Of a stretch of DNA of 64,000 bases, positions 13,716 to 25,420 are shown piece after piece. The DNA lies in NCBI RefSeq assembly GCF_036321535.1, contig NC_087436.1, positions 36,086,001 through 36,150,000 on the forward strand, written 5' to 3'. The DNA is from Camelus dromedarius (taxonomy: Eukaryota). The notes beneath the pieces are model-generated. The model ran no database searches, was not told the DNA's origin, and saw only the letters and a program-made list of their open reading frames with translations. A program made the translations under genes and the position numbers. How positions within the stretch are numbered: position 1 is the stretch's first letter; every line of letters starts with the position of its first letter.

Positions 13716-16200
13716 GAAAAGGCTAACAGAGTTAAATCTCTGGCAAGACAATCACAGATATGTGTGAAAAGATACATATTACCAATATCAGGAGTATAAA
13801 AGGAGACATCATTACAGAACCTACAGACCATTGCAAGGATAATGAGGATACTAAGAATAACCTTAACCCAAATAATTCAAAAATTTAGCTGAAATAAACA
13901 AACTTGGAGGGGAAAAAAAAGGCTTACCAAAACTAACACATAAACAAAAAAAGCACATAATTAAATATTCCAATAGCTATTAAATAAATTAATTCTGTAA
14001 TTAAAATCTTTCCCACAAAGAAAATTTCAGGCATAGCTAGCTTTACTGGTAAATGTTACAAAGTATTTAAGGATGAATATAACACTAAGCTTACAAAAAC
14101 TCTTGCAGAGAAAAAAGAGGCCAGAATAATTCCCAACTTCATTCATGAGGCCAGAAATAACCCTGTTCCTCAAATCCTAAAAGGACATTACAAGAAAAGA
14201 AAATTATAGTCTGATCTCTCTCATAAACGTAACTGCAAATATCCTAAACAACAGCAAAAATACCAATATATAAAGGATTATACATCGTGAAAAGATGGCT
14301 ATGTTCTAGGAATGTAAAGTTGGTTTAACATTTGAAAAATCAATCATCATCATTCTCCACATTGATAGAATAAAGAAAAGGAATAATATGATTATCCCAT
14401 AGACATAGAAAAGGAATGTCATAAAAATTATCATTAATTATAAAATCAAACTAGGAATAAATGGAAATTTCATTACTCTATCATATTAGCTACAAGAAAA
14501 GAGAGCAAATATAACTCATAGTAGTAAAATATTAGAAATTTTCTGCCTAGGATCAAGAATGAGGTAAGTATAACTACTGTTATCACTTCTATTAAATCTA
14601 TGTTAAAGATTTAACCACTGCAGTAAGGCAAGAAAAAGAAATAATAAGTGCAGGGGTTAAAAGGAATGAAATGAAATTTTCATTATTGCAGACTGCATAC
14701 ACTGAAAACTGTAACATGGGTTCATACATAAAAAACTTCAATCTATACACACGCTATTAAAATTGGTAAGTGAATTTAGCAAGGTAGTCATAAAGCCAGT
14801 ACACAAAAGTTTATTTTTCCTAGATACAAACAAAAACAATCATGAAGTGAAATTTTAAAAGATTCCATTTATAACTGCATTCAAAAGAACTTAAATACCT
14901 TAGAATAAATCTACTGAACATTATATAAGACTTCTTCACATAAAACTATAAAACTTTGAGAGAAATTAAAGACTTAAAATAAATGAAGGGATCTACCATG
15001 TTCATAAATTGCAAATGTTAACTTTCTTATTCTCTCCAAATTGATCAAGAGATTTAATGATTTCAACCTAAATCCATTTTGAGGGGAGGGAGCAAGCTGA
15101 TTTTTAATGTTCTAAGCAAATGCAAAGGGCCAAGAGTAGTTAAGAAAAACTTGATGATGAAGAAAAAAGAAGGTGCACTTACATACCAGAAGTTAAGTCT
15201 TTTAATAAGGCTGAAGTGATTAAAGACATTTCAATAGTATGGTGGCACAAGGACAAAGAGATCAGTGAAATAGAACCGGATATTAAACCCAAACACTTTG
15301 ATTTATGACAAAGTAACACTGCAGAACAAGAATGGTCATTTCACCAGCTAGTGCTGGTACAACTAATTATCTACATGGAAAAAAGTAAATTAATTATAGA
15401 TGGTAATATAAAAGGAGAGCTCATAAAGCATCTTCAGAATCAAAGAAGATAATGTAAAATAAAATATTCGTAACAGTGGAATTGACAGACTTCTTAAACA
15501 GGATACAAAAACCACTTTCCACAAAGAAAAACAATGATAAACTGGATTCATTGTATTTATATATGTTATAATAAATATCTGTAGTTACAAATTTCTATTC
15601 CTCAAAAGAGACTATAAAGAGTTATTATTCTTTTAAAGCAACACAGTAGAAAAATTGAATAGATATTGAACAGGTATGTCACAAAGGAAGATATCCAAAT
15701 GGACAATACATATATAAAAAGGTACTCAACTCAGCCATCAGAGAAATAAAACCACAGTGAAATACTGTTAAAAACCCACCAAATGTTGACAAGATTGAGG
15801 AGAAACTGAAATTTCCACACATTACTGGTGGAAGAGTTAACTGACACAATCATTACAGAAAACTTTTGGCAGTATTTACTATCAAGGACATACACATATG
15901 CTACAACCCAATAATTTCACTCCCAGATATAAAGCAAACAGAAATATGTACTTTTATGCACCATGGCCAAACTAATCTATGGTGTTAGAAGCCATAAGAG
16001 TAGCTGCCTTTTAGGCTGAGGTGTGGAGTCGTGGCCAGGAAAGAATCTGATGGAGGTTCCAGGGCACTAGAAATGCTTTATATCCTGATCTGAGTGGTGA
16101 TTACATGAGTGTACTCATTCTGGAAAATTCATGGATCTTAATAGTTTTACACCTTTCTACAAGTTATATTTCAGAAAGAAGTTTACTAAAAAATAGAATA
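13716..16200 (+). mobile_element. Ancient, highly diverged L1 (L1M-type) ORF2 and 3' end
   Basis: Decayed ORF2 motifs that repeat the region already covered at 12400-13700, followed by an old 3'UTR (ccaaactaatctatggtgttagaag...). Confidence 0.75.
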
Positions 16201-19200
16201 CAAAAAAAGTGAAGTAAAAGGGAAAAAACTATAAACAAAGCCACTATAAACAAAGGAGAACAAAACTAGAGGAGAAACAAAAGCATTCCTTATGTGAATT
16301 AATCCGACAGTATTTTTAAAAAACAGTTCTTAGTGAGAGAATCACTATTCCATACCTGTATTACTTACTTGCCAATTCAATACAATTCATATTAAAGCAA
16401 AGTAAATATTAAAATATTGTTTCATGAAATCACTGAGAAGATGCATTCATTGACTACAAGCTACTCTTTCACAGGTACTCTTCAATTCTATTCATTCATT
16501 CAAAATACTCACTGAGAACCTCTTACGCATAATTTATTCAACAACATCTTGAGCTCTTACATGTTAGAGTACACAAGAACAAGAAGGCAGATAAACCTCT
16601 CATAGTGCTAACAGTCTAACAGAGAAGACTCATAACAATGAATAATTATTATAAACTATGCCAAGTATTATGACATGGAAAGAACAAAGTGGCACAAACA
16701 CACAAGTCAGGGACATCTAACTCAGTTCAGTAGGATTAGTGACAGTTTAGAGTTACATAACCTTCACAGAAATCATTTAGTATATTCCTTTATTTCACAA
16801 ATTAAGAGAGACTAAAATGTGTGTCTAAGCTCAAGCAGTTAGATTTGAAGAGTGAGCTGATGTCAAACTGCTAACATGGGAACTGAAGCCAAAGAGGCAG
16901 TGGAGTATTTGCGACAGAGGGAAGACCATACATAAAGGTCTAGGGACAAGAATGAACGTAATACTTCATTTTAGAGACTATGAAGCCCTGGAGGACAATA
17001 AAAGACAAAAATCTCTGTCCTTGAAGAGTTCACATTTAGAAAAATGAAAGAACATGTTTTAAATAAATCTAAATCCAACTCTATTCATTTGTTTGTAGAT
17101 AGATGGAGAAGATGAAGTATGGCAGATTGTCAGAAAGTGAAGAAGAAAATAGGGATGACTACAGATTTGTAAAAGCCATATAAACGTAAAAGCGATCCTG
17201 GAAATCCCCGCCATAGACCTAAGACCTGCAGAATCTTTTCCAATATGAGGTTCCATGATTCTAGACTTATATAGAGGTACACTATGTTATACAAATGCTA
17301 TTCTTGAAAATAATGTACAGAATTTATATGAATTAAATGTGAAATGTATATCAGAGTTCAAAAAAATTAAAGATCTCTGGAGCTACCATATTAATGCAAC
17401 GAATCCTCCATGGTCCTATACCTGCCACTAGCTTAGGTGTTCCTTTATATAAAACCTACCTCCTCTTGCCATCAGTTATCTCATTTATTAATTGGAAAGA
17501 TTTAAACATGTTTGCTCTAAATTATTTTTTCAGCTTTAAAATTCTATGATGCTAAGCTTAAATTATTAGACATCAGCATTCCTAATGAAGCCACACTAGA
17601 ATCCATGCTAAGAAACCAAATTTTTAAAAATACATGTATTTATAAAAAACCAGAAGTAAGCAATTAATTAGAGGAGGAAATAGAGACATGTACATCATCA
17701 AGGAATATAGCTCAGGGCAAACAATCTATGGCACTTCCTTTCCTTACTAAATTTAAGATTTAAAGTTAATTTTTAAAATGTAAGCAAAAACAGAAGCAAT
17801 GCTTCAATGTTCTTAAGAAACACAACTCTGAAATAAAAAACAGGTGCAGCTAATTAAATGTCATTTTGTTTTCATTACTTTATGTTCTAATGCTCTCAAA
17901 AGTTTTGAGATGGAAAACAAGACACAGTGAAGAGAAAAGGCAAAATGCCCCAGGCAAGCCTAATCCAACACATTCTTTCCAGTATATGACATGTTCTCCT
18001 CAAGCCACTCATCACTATCCAGATATAATCAGTTCTGGACAAGAGCAATTACTCTGAATTCATGCTCTTCCCAACCATCTGCTCCAGATTCAATCAACAG
18101 ACATCTTGCCCCACACATATGGAAGCTTACAATTTCATACTCAATGCCTACTAAATTATGTTATTTTTTGAGACTGCAATTAAGTTCCATTATTAGAAAC
18201 TAAACCTAAATTGATCACAGGGGTAATAATACTTTTTAGGATTTCTATCTACTCTACAGATACTTAATTATATAAAGAAGTAACATGAAACATGGGCATC
18301 TTGATCTCAGAATTGAATTATAAAAGTTACGCATGAAATTTCTGAATAGCATACTCAGGCATATGAAGAATGAAAGCAACTATAACAAAATCTAAGTCTT
18401 CCTTTTTAAAATATACTTTACTCAAAGTATCAGAACTCCAGAAAATGTTTTATCTGGAGTCTTTAATCTCTCTCAACTCAGTATGAAATACAGACAAGGT
18501 GATAAGTATCACTTGATATATCTGGAACTGAGAGTTCCATTTCTCATTGCTTATTCATAGAAAAGAAATTAAACAGGATACCCTCAATTTGTGCTTTATT
18601 TATACTACACATGATTGGTTTAACTTAAACTGATTGCAGAAGCCAGGTCTCTTCTGAACGCCCGATCAACTTTAAAAGTTGCTTGGAAGGCACCTGGTCT
18701 CAAGATCTGATTCTTGGGCCAAGACTTCACTAACTACTTGAGTTTGGACAGAGCACGTTGTCTGTCCCCATCTGTGAAATAAAGGAATATACTAAATGAT
18801 TTCTGATAGAGTCTTCTACTTCTATGACATCAGAATTAATACACTTCACCAGCCCCAGGTTTCAAGAGACTTTCCTAAAATATAGCTTTTATTTTCAATT
18901 TTTTAATGTCAAATTATTTACTTACCTAACTTACCAACTGTACTAAAATGCTGAGTTTAAGAAAGGGGGGGGGATTTAGTTGTTTAGAGCACAATTCTTA
19001 TGCCAACAGAGGTTGAAGATCTATAGCTTGGTGGACAAGAGTAAGGCCCACGTAAGAGGAGAGGAACCAAGAAAATAATGAAGGAACACAGTCTGATCTG
19101 GTTTTGACCTGAGGAGGGCAAGGATCGGGATGCATAGATGCGGCAAAGGGGGAGAGCAGCCAACCATATTTATTTCTTTTTTTGGAAGGTACCAAAACTC

Positions 19201-19369
19201 TAAATAACACTCCATTAAAACTGAAAAAGTAATTCATAATCACTATCTCTGTTCCCTCAATTTTCAATCACCCCTCAATTTACTGCAATCTAGCAACTAG
19301 CCACAGGACCCCACTAGAACTACTCTCTTCCAAGGGCCCCATGACCTCCCAGGTAAGAAACTAAGCACT

Positions 19370-20110
19370 TGATGTCACTGTGGTCTCTATGTTGTTGATC
19401 CTGGCTCCACTATTTATTTCTTGGGTGATCTTGGTAAAGCTCCATAACTTCTCGGGTGATCTTGGTAAAGCTCCATAACCTCTCTGACCTAAGTTTTTGC
19501 ACCTATAAAATGAAGATAACCATATAAGGGAGTAAGAAATCATTAATATGTGCTAAGGGACTTCAAACAACGGTTGACACATTGTAAGTACTCAATCAGA
19601 GATAATTATTAATGCACTATTTCTAATTACTTTCTCTTTGAAAACTTCCCTCACTTGAGTCACCATTTTTGGGGGTTCTCCTCCCATCTCTCTAATCACT
19701 CCTCAGTCTCCAACTAAATCCCCCCCCCTTTCTTAAACTCAGCATTTTAGTACAGTTGGTAAAATGTATACCAGACCTTTTCTAACAACTCAACCTTTGA
19801 ATGGTGATGGTCCCCAGGCACCTGGTCTCAAGACCTGATTCTCATTAGTACACTAAAACCTCCCTGACCATTCAAATACAATACAATGTATTTTAACTAC
19901 CTGTTACACTGCTATACTTCCCTGTGCATCTTTAGCTTTAACAGGAGAGAGGCCAAATCTCTCTTATTCACTGAGAAGCCCCAGCACCCAGTGCAGTACC
20001 TGGCTCAAATGAATAAATGAATGAACTTTACTCATTCTAAGTGATTTCACTCATTTCAATGGCTTCAGTCACCATCTAACTGATGACAAACTGCTAATTC
20101 ATATCTCTAA
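19370..20110 (+). mobile_element. MIR and L2 remnants
   Basis: MIR core (gggtgatcttggtaaag...cctctctgacctaagtttttgcacctataaaatg) and L2 motifs (ctcctcagtctc, ccccagcacccagtgcagtacctggc...gaataaatgaatgaa). Confidence 0.65.
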
Positions 20111-23100
20111 CCAAGATCTCCTCATCTCCAAAACCTGCAATTCAAAGTCCTGCAGCTTAAACAGTGTAAAGAATAAACAGGGGCAGGAGGTGGAGGATAG
20201 AGTGGGCAGGAAGAAGACATTCCAATAGTCCAGAAAAGAGCAATGAAAATAGTTTAAATTAAAAAAAAAAAATTTAAAGCTCAAACTCAATAAATTTTGA
20301 AAATAGAGCTGACAGCATTTGATAGAGTAAAGAAGAAAGGAATTGAGTTATCTCTTCAATTGACTTTCATTTAGATAGACTGATTTTATTTTTGTGATTG
20401 TTTTAATTAGAAGAAAACCTTTCCTCAAGTTTTCTACGTTTATAGCCTTGGCAAGGCAACTCAGAAAATTTTCCACTAGTGAAGTAAATGGTATATATCA
20501 CTTAGAGCTTAAACAGAATCAAAACTACCACCTGTTTTTCTGAAACAAACCATTCAGCTCTAGTCATTCCAAATGAACAGCAAAAGTAATATTAAGATTC
20601 CCACTTAACTGACAAAAAAAAAATTCCACCTCTTATATAATATCCATAATATTTAACCAGTAGGAAAAATCCCACTATCACAAATATAACCATCACTGTA
20701 TTTCAGAATTACTAAACAGAGGGGAAAGTTCATTGTTTTACGAGATATTATATTGCATAATTACTGCTTACTTAACCAACTACAATAATGAGTAAAGATA
20801 TGATCTCTTATAAAATGCATTAATTAGAGCAGCAACCATGATACCTACATCAATTTAATGTTGTTGCTCTACTGCAGGCCTACAGTAGACTCTCATGTGG
20901 GATGAGGTGCACAGGGGAGGGAAGAGACTGTGACTTTGATAATGTGTAACATGAGGGCTCTCACACTCAGCAAGAAAATCTGTCAGGAAGGCACTCCCAA
21001 ATCAAGTCTGTACCTATCTTTGTCTGTATATTTCTACTGATGGGCAAGACTTTCACTGCTCCAGATTCAGGGAAAATCACTGCCTTAGCAAGCTAAAGGG
21101 TTCTGCCAGATTTCCCTGATAGCCTTGGACAGAACTAGGATAATCAGGAATACTTCATAAAATCAAGAATCCTGCCAAAATCAAAATAAGCTTCTACCAG
21201 GGAACTACATAAATACACACAAAATACGAATTTGTTTTCAAAAAGAGACAGTGTCACTTATCAAGGGCCTGTATAAACCTTGAACACTGTTGCCAGACTT
21301 TACTTTTAAACCTCCTAAGAACTCTTCAAAAAATGTTATCCCTATTTAGCAGTTAGGGAAACAGTTCAAGAGGTTAAATGACTTGCCCAATGACTCTTAG
21401 CTGATAAGGGGCAGTGTTAGCATTTGTGACCTAGAGCTTTCAACTGAACCCCACTATTTCATTGGACTTTATTTGAAAATACTGAATTTTTATAGAATCA
21501 GTATTTTAATTCTAAGTTAGAAAACAACACTGGCAGAATCAATAAAGAAAATAGTGGAAAATGTTAGAAAGAGAACCTTTCTTAAGAGCTGGACTGTACG
21601 TAGTAGATCCTCCATAAATTCCTGTTAAAATAAGCAAATGAAGGGTGGGAGGGAGGCCTCACAGCTATAAATATCTCAGAACCCTGGTACAAGACAAACA
21701 AAGTTTTCCATTTCAAAAAAAAAGTTATGTAATAGTAATTAGATTCAGTATTTTTACCATACCTAATGTAAGTGCAATAATGACAAAATCATTGTTTAAA
21801 TAAGAGTTTTAATTCTTCCTGTTCTGTGATGCTATCTTACCAAGGCCCAAGTATTTGGTATGAACATGTTGAAATGATGTGTAATCAACAAGGATGCTAA
21901 AGATAAATTCTTAGAGATGTGAAGCAAATACTTCCTTCCACTGTAAACAAAATGACTGAGTCCACGTCTTGAAGAAATCAAGCTCTATTTATATTCACTC
22001 TCCTGAAATGGCACAGGCAGCCTTAGAAGGATAAGTTTATAATAAATCCCTGCATTTGGAAAACACTGTTGCTAAGCATCTTCTAACATTCAGCAGAGTT
22101 GATATAATTCATGTCTCTGCTACATAATTAACATTTCATGTTTTCTAAAAAAGTGTGGTATGCTTATCTATGTTGTTAATTTAAAACATTATAAATTTTG
22201 AGGGAATTAATAAAAGGCTATGCAACTAATTAATTAGAAAGGCAGCCTAATCCCAGGAGAGATACAAACACAGACATTAAATGTCAGGATGTGTCAGAGT
22301 TGAGCTTATAAACAGCTTGTCTGCTTGAGATAAAACATTTCAAAATGCAGCTGCTCTGCTTAAAAAGGTGAGCTACAAAACATTAGGCTTTTGGACAAGT
22401 CATGACTTATCAAACCACACTCTAGCTCAAAAATTAATTTATAACATAAATTAATAAAAGAAAACATAACATTTGAAAATCAGTTTCACACCCAACCCTC
22501 AACATTAAAGATTGTATCTGTTCAGATAATAAGAGATCCAAGTGTTGAAAGCAACACTACTGCAGTATTTCCAACTTTCTTATTAATTATGGAGACAAAG
22601 TTTAAAATATGGAAAATATTTAGTAACACTGCAATAAAAGATTAGAAGAGTTGGGAGTAAGCACACTGCAAAAGATGCACTATCACTCTTACAAACTCTG
22701 TAATAGCCTATAAACTTTCTGCCCTCTGGAAAAGAATGCAGAAAACATATATGCCACAGGGATTTTGCTCATTAGATTACTATCCTATAAACAATAACTT
22801 TAGATTACTAAACTGATCAGTAACATAGTTCACTTAGGTTTTATGAAATCCTGGATCACTTCAGTGTATGCTGTTACTACACATCTGTGCATCACTTTTT
22901 GTTAAAAAGGGCAGAGCTTCCCCGATTAGAAGGCAATCCTGGAAGAAGGAAAACCATCAGACAGCCAACACACAAAGAGCTCAGAGACTATATAGGCCTA
23001 CAAATAATAAGCAAATAAATGTTCTAGGAAAAACACACATCTACATTCTTCCTTGTATTCTTAAATTGTTATTTCTTAACTCTTCCCTTAATTGTGGCTT

Positions 23101-23344
23101 TTCCATCTGTCAGAATTGTCATTTTAAAGTTTTATTCAGAACCATAAGACATACCTGCAAGACATTCATTTTCTCCTAGAGTGGGAGAGTTAAATGATAT
23201 AGGAGTTCAGACTAGTACACATAAAAACTCAAGGAAGAAATTCAACACTATCAGTCAGAGAATTTACACTACCTAAAGTTAAAACAGTCATTTAAAATCA
23301 GTTACAGAGAATCTTCAGAGATTGGAGAGCTAGATGGCCTAGAT

Positions 23345-23905
23345 CAGTGGCTCTCATAGCGCAGCCCTTGGACCAGCAGCATTGCTATCACCCGTAATTT
23401 GACAGAAATGCAAATTCTTGGACCCCACCCTGATCTAATAAACCAGCAGGATGAGGCCCAGAACTGTGTTTTAACAAGTTCTGCAAGTGATTCTCACACA
23501 GATTTAACACAGGAGAACCACTGACCTAAATCAGTGATACAAATAACTGTTCACAGGGAAGTGCGAGACTGGCTACTTCAAAATCACTTGAAAAACATCA
23601 TAAGTACTTGAAACCAATTCCCCACCTCCCTTATTCAATTAAGTATGGGGAGGGAGTGTGTATGCGCGTAGGTTCCCAGGTGAACCTGATACATCATACG
23701 GTTTAAGAACCAATACCTATGTCAGTGGCTCTCAAAGTGCTAGACCAAGCGGTGTCAGCATTAGATCAGCTGGGAACACGTTAGGAATGCACAAGAACCA
23801 GCCCAGACTTACTGAACCAGAAACTTTGAGACTAGGGCACACCCAGCCATTGAGTTTACTAAGTTCTCCAGGTGGTTCAGACACATGACAAAGTCTGAAA
23901 ACTTC
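23345..23905. mobile_element. Three adjacent MER5-like hAT-Charlie MITEs
   Basis: TIRs cagtggctctc (23345) and gagaaccactg (23523); further cagtg starts at 23532 and 23723; internal agaaatgcaaattct and ccaggtggttc motifs. Confidence 0.8.
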
Positions 23906-25310
23906 AACTCTGAGTGATCTGTTGGGAACTGGGAACATGTGAAATGAATCTGAAATCTGCTGTGAAGAATAAATAATAAGAGAAGAATTAACCTGCATAC
24001 TCAGGAATACATCTCCTGGAGCTGCAGTCTCTCACTGTCCTGACAAATTTGGAAGTCAAGGTGCCTTATTTCCCAAATATGCCAGCGGAATTCTCAAGCT
24101 TCAATGCAGCCCACTTAAATGCAGCAATACTGGTAAACAATGAAAATGCCTCCTAAAAAGCACTGGTTTGAAGCAAGATGTGGTTCAAGTCCCCAGTTAG
24201 AACCATAGCTAAGACATCTGGCCAATGGGAAGCCAAAAACAGACTGGAAATGTTCAAGAAAAGAGCAGCAGTTATTTAAGGCATCACAGAACACTTACAC
24301 CTCGCTACCTATATACAGGAGTTGTTTCCTCAGCATCAAGCAGGGATTTCGAAAGGCAACAGAGGACAGGAGGAGATGAATCTCACCAGGGACCAGGGTT
24401 TAAAGACAAAACCAAACTCCAAAGTTAACAAATATTTTTATTACTCTAGCGAGGGGAGTGGAGTGGTAATTATGTCTCATTATGTCTCCCAGTTTCCACA
24501 TACATTTCTCAGATCAAATACTTACTAGGCAACTATTTTGTACTAGAAATCATTAATATTGCCTCCACGTATTAAGATTTTACCATGACTCTTTTTGTTA
24601 AAACAATGATTCTAACTCTGTGTGTAATTCTAAGTCACAATATATTAATTGGGACTGCTTCTACTTGCCCAAGGACATTTACCATATTAAAAAAAAAAAG
24701 GTGGGGCAGCATCAGTTTCAACAGTCTTAGGCAGTCATTTTAAATGACTGAGAACCATTCAATGTACCCTCTAACAATTCCTCTAAATTCAGTTAGGAGG
24801 CAACATTAAATGTTAAATTCTTTTTATTTAGAACTAGGAGTACGTAGTTCAAATTTATAGTACAGCTGAGTTTTCCCTTCCCCTGCTCAATGCACACGTC
24901 GGGTATGCTCTTGGATGTTCACTAAGTTGGATACACTTATGCCCATTCTACAGCACTTGGAGCATAATTCTACAATTTTAATTCTCACAGAGTTTTAAAG
25001 TTGTTTTATCTTTCTTTCTGAATTACACTATTAACCAAATGTATAATTTACTCAAGTCCTTAGAAACTATAAAACTGCTCCAATGAGAAAATGCAGTTAA
25101 CTTCACAATCAGCATTAGTCTGCTTTGTAGCATTATTTCTAAGAAAACTGTGGGAGAAAACCCTGACCAACTACCTAAGTTTAAATCATTCAAACAAGTA
25201 CAAAAGAGAAGACGATGAAAGGTAGAAAGGCCAGATGTATGTAAGTAGCTAATGAGGCCAGGGCAGGTTTTGTGAGTAACTTGGGAACTTCCTTGTTATT
25301 TTCCCTTTTT

Positions 25311-25420
25311 CTAGTCCTTCCTAGCCTTCCTAGCCTTCCTAGCCTTCCTTGCCTTCCTTGCCTTCCTGCCTTCCTTCTTTCCTCCCTCCTTTTCTTTCTT
25401 TTTTTCCATTTCTTTCTTTC
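25311..25420. repeat. 9-bp-unit minisatellite (CTAGCCTTC/CTTGCCTTC) grading into a CT-rich tract
   Basis: Directly visible; explains the spurious ORFs 25190..25447 and 25272..25523. Confidence 0.9.

Noticed and set aside
16350..16440. Minus-strand donor pair (AA|GTAAGT, CAG|GTATGG) with an upstream cttctcag acceptor
   Set aside because: Short pyrimidine tract and a very AT-rich body; indistinguishable from background pseudo-exons.
18688..19842. CRISPR-like array or DNA transposon defined by the short repeats
   Set aside because: Only pairs of repeats, with no regular spacers, no TSD around the inverted pair and no cas or transposase ORF; the context is a mammalian intron.
22868..23179. 103-aa ATG-initiated plus-strand ORF in non-repetitive intron 9
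   Set aside because: No recognisable domain, promoter or splice context; a length reachable by chance.
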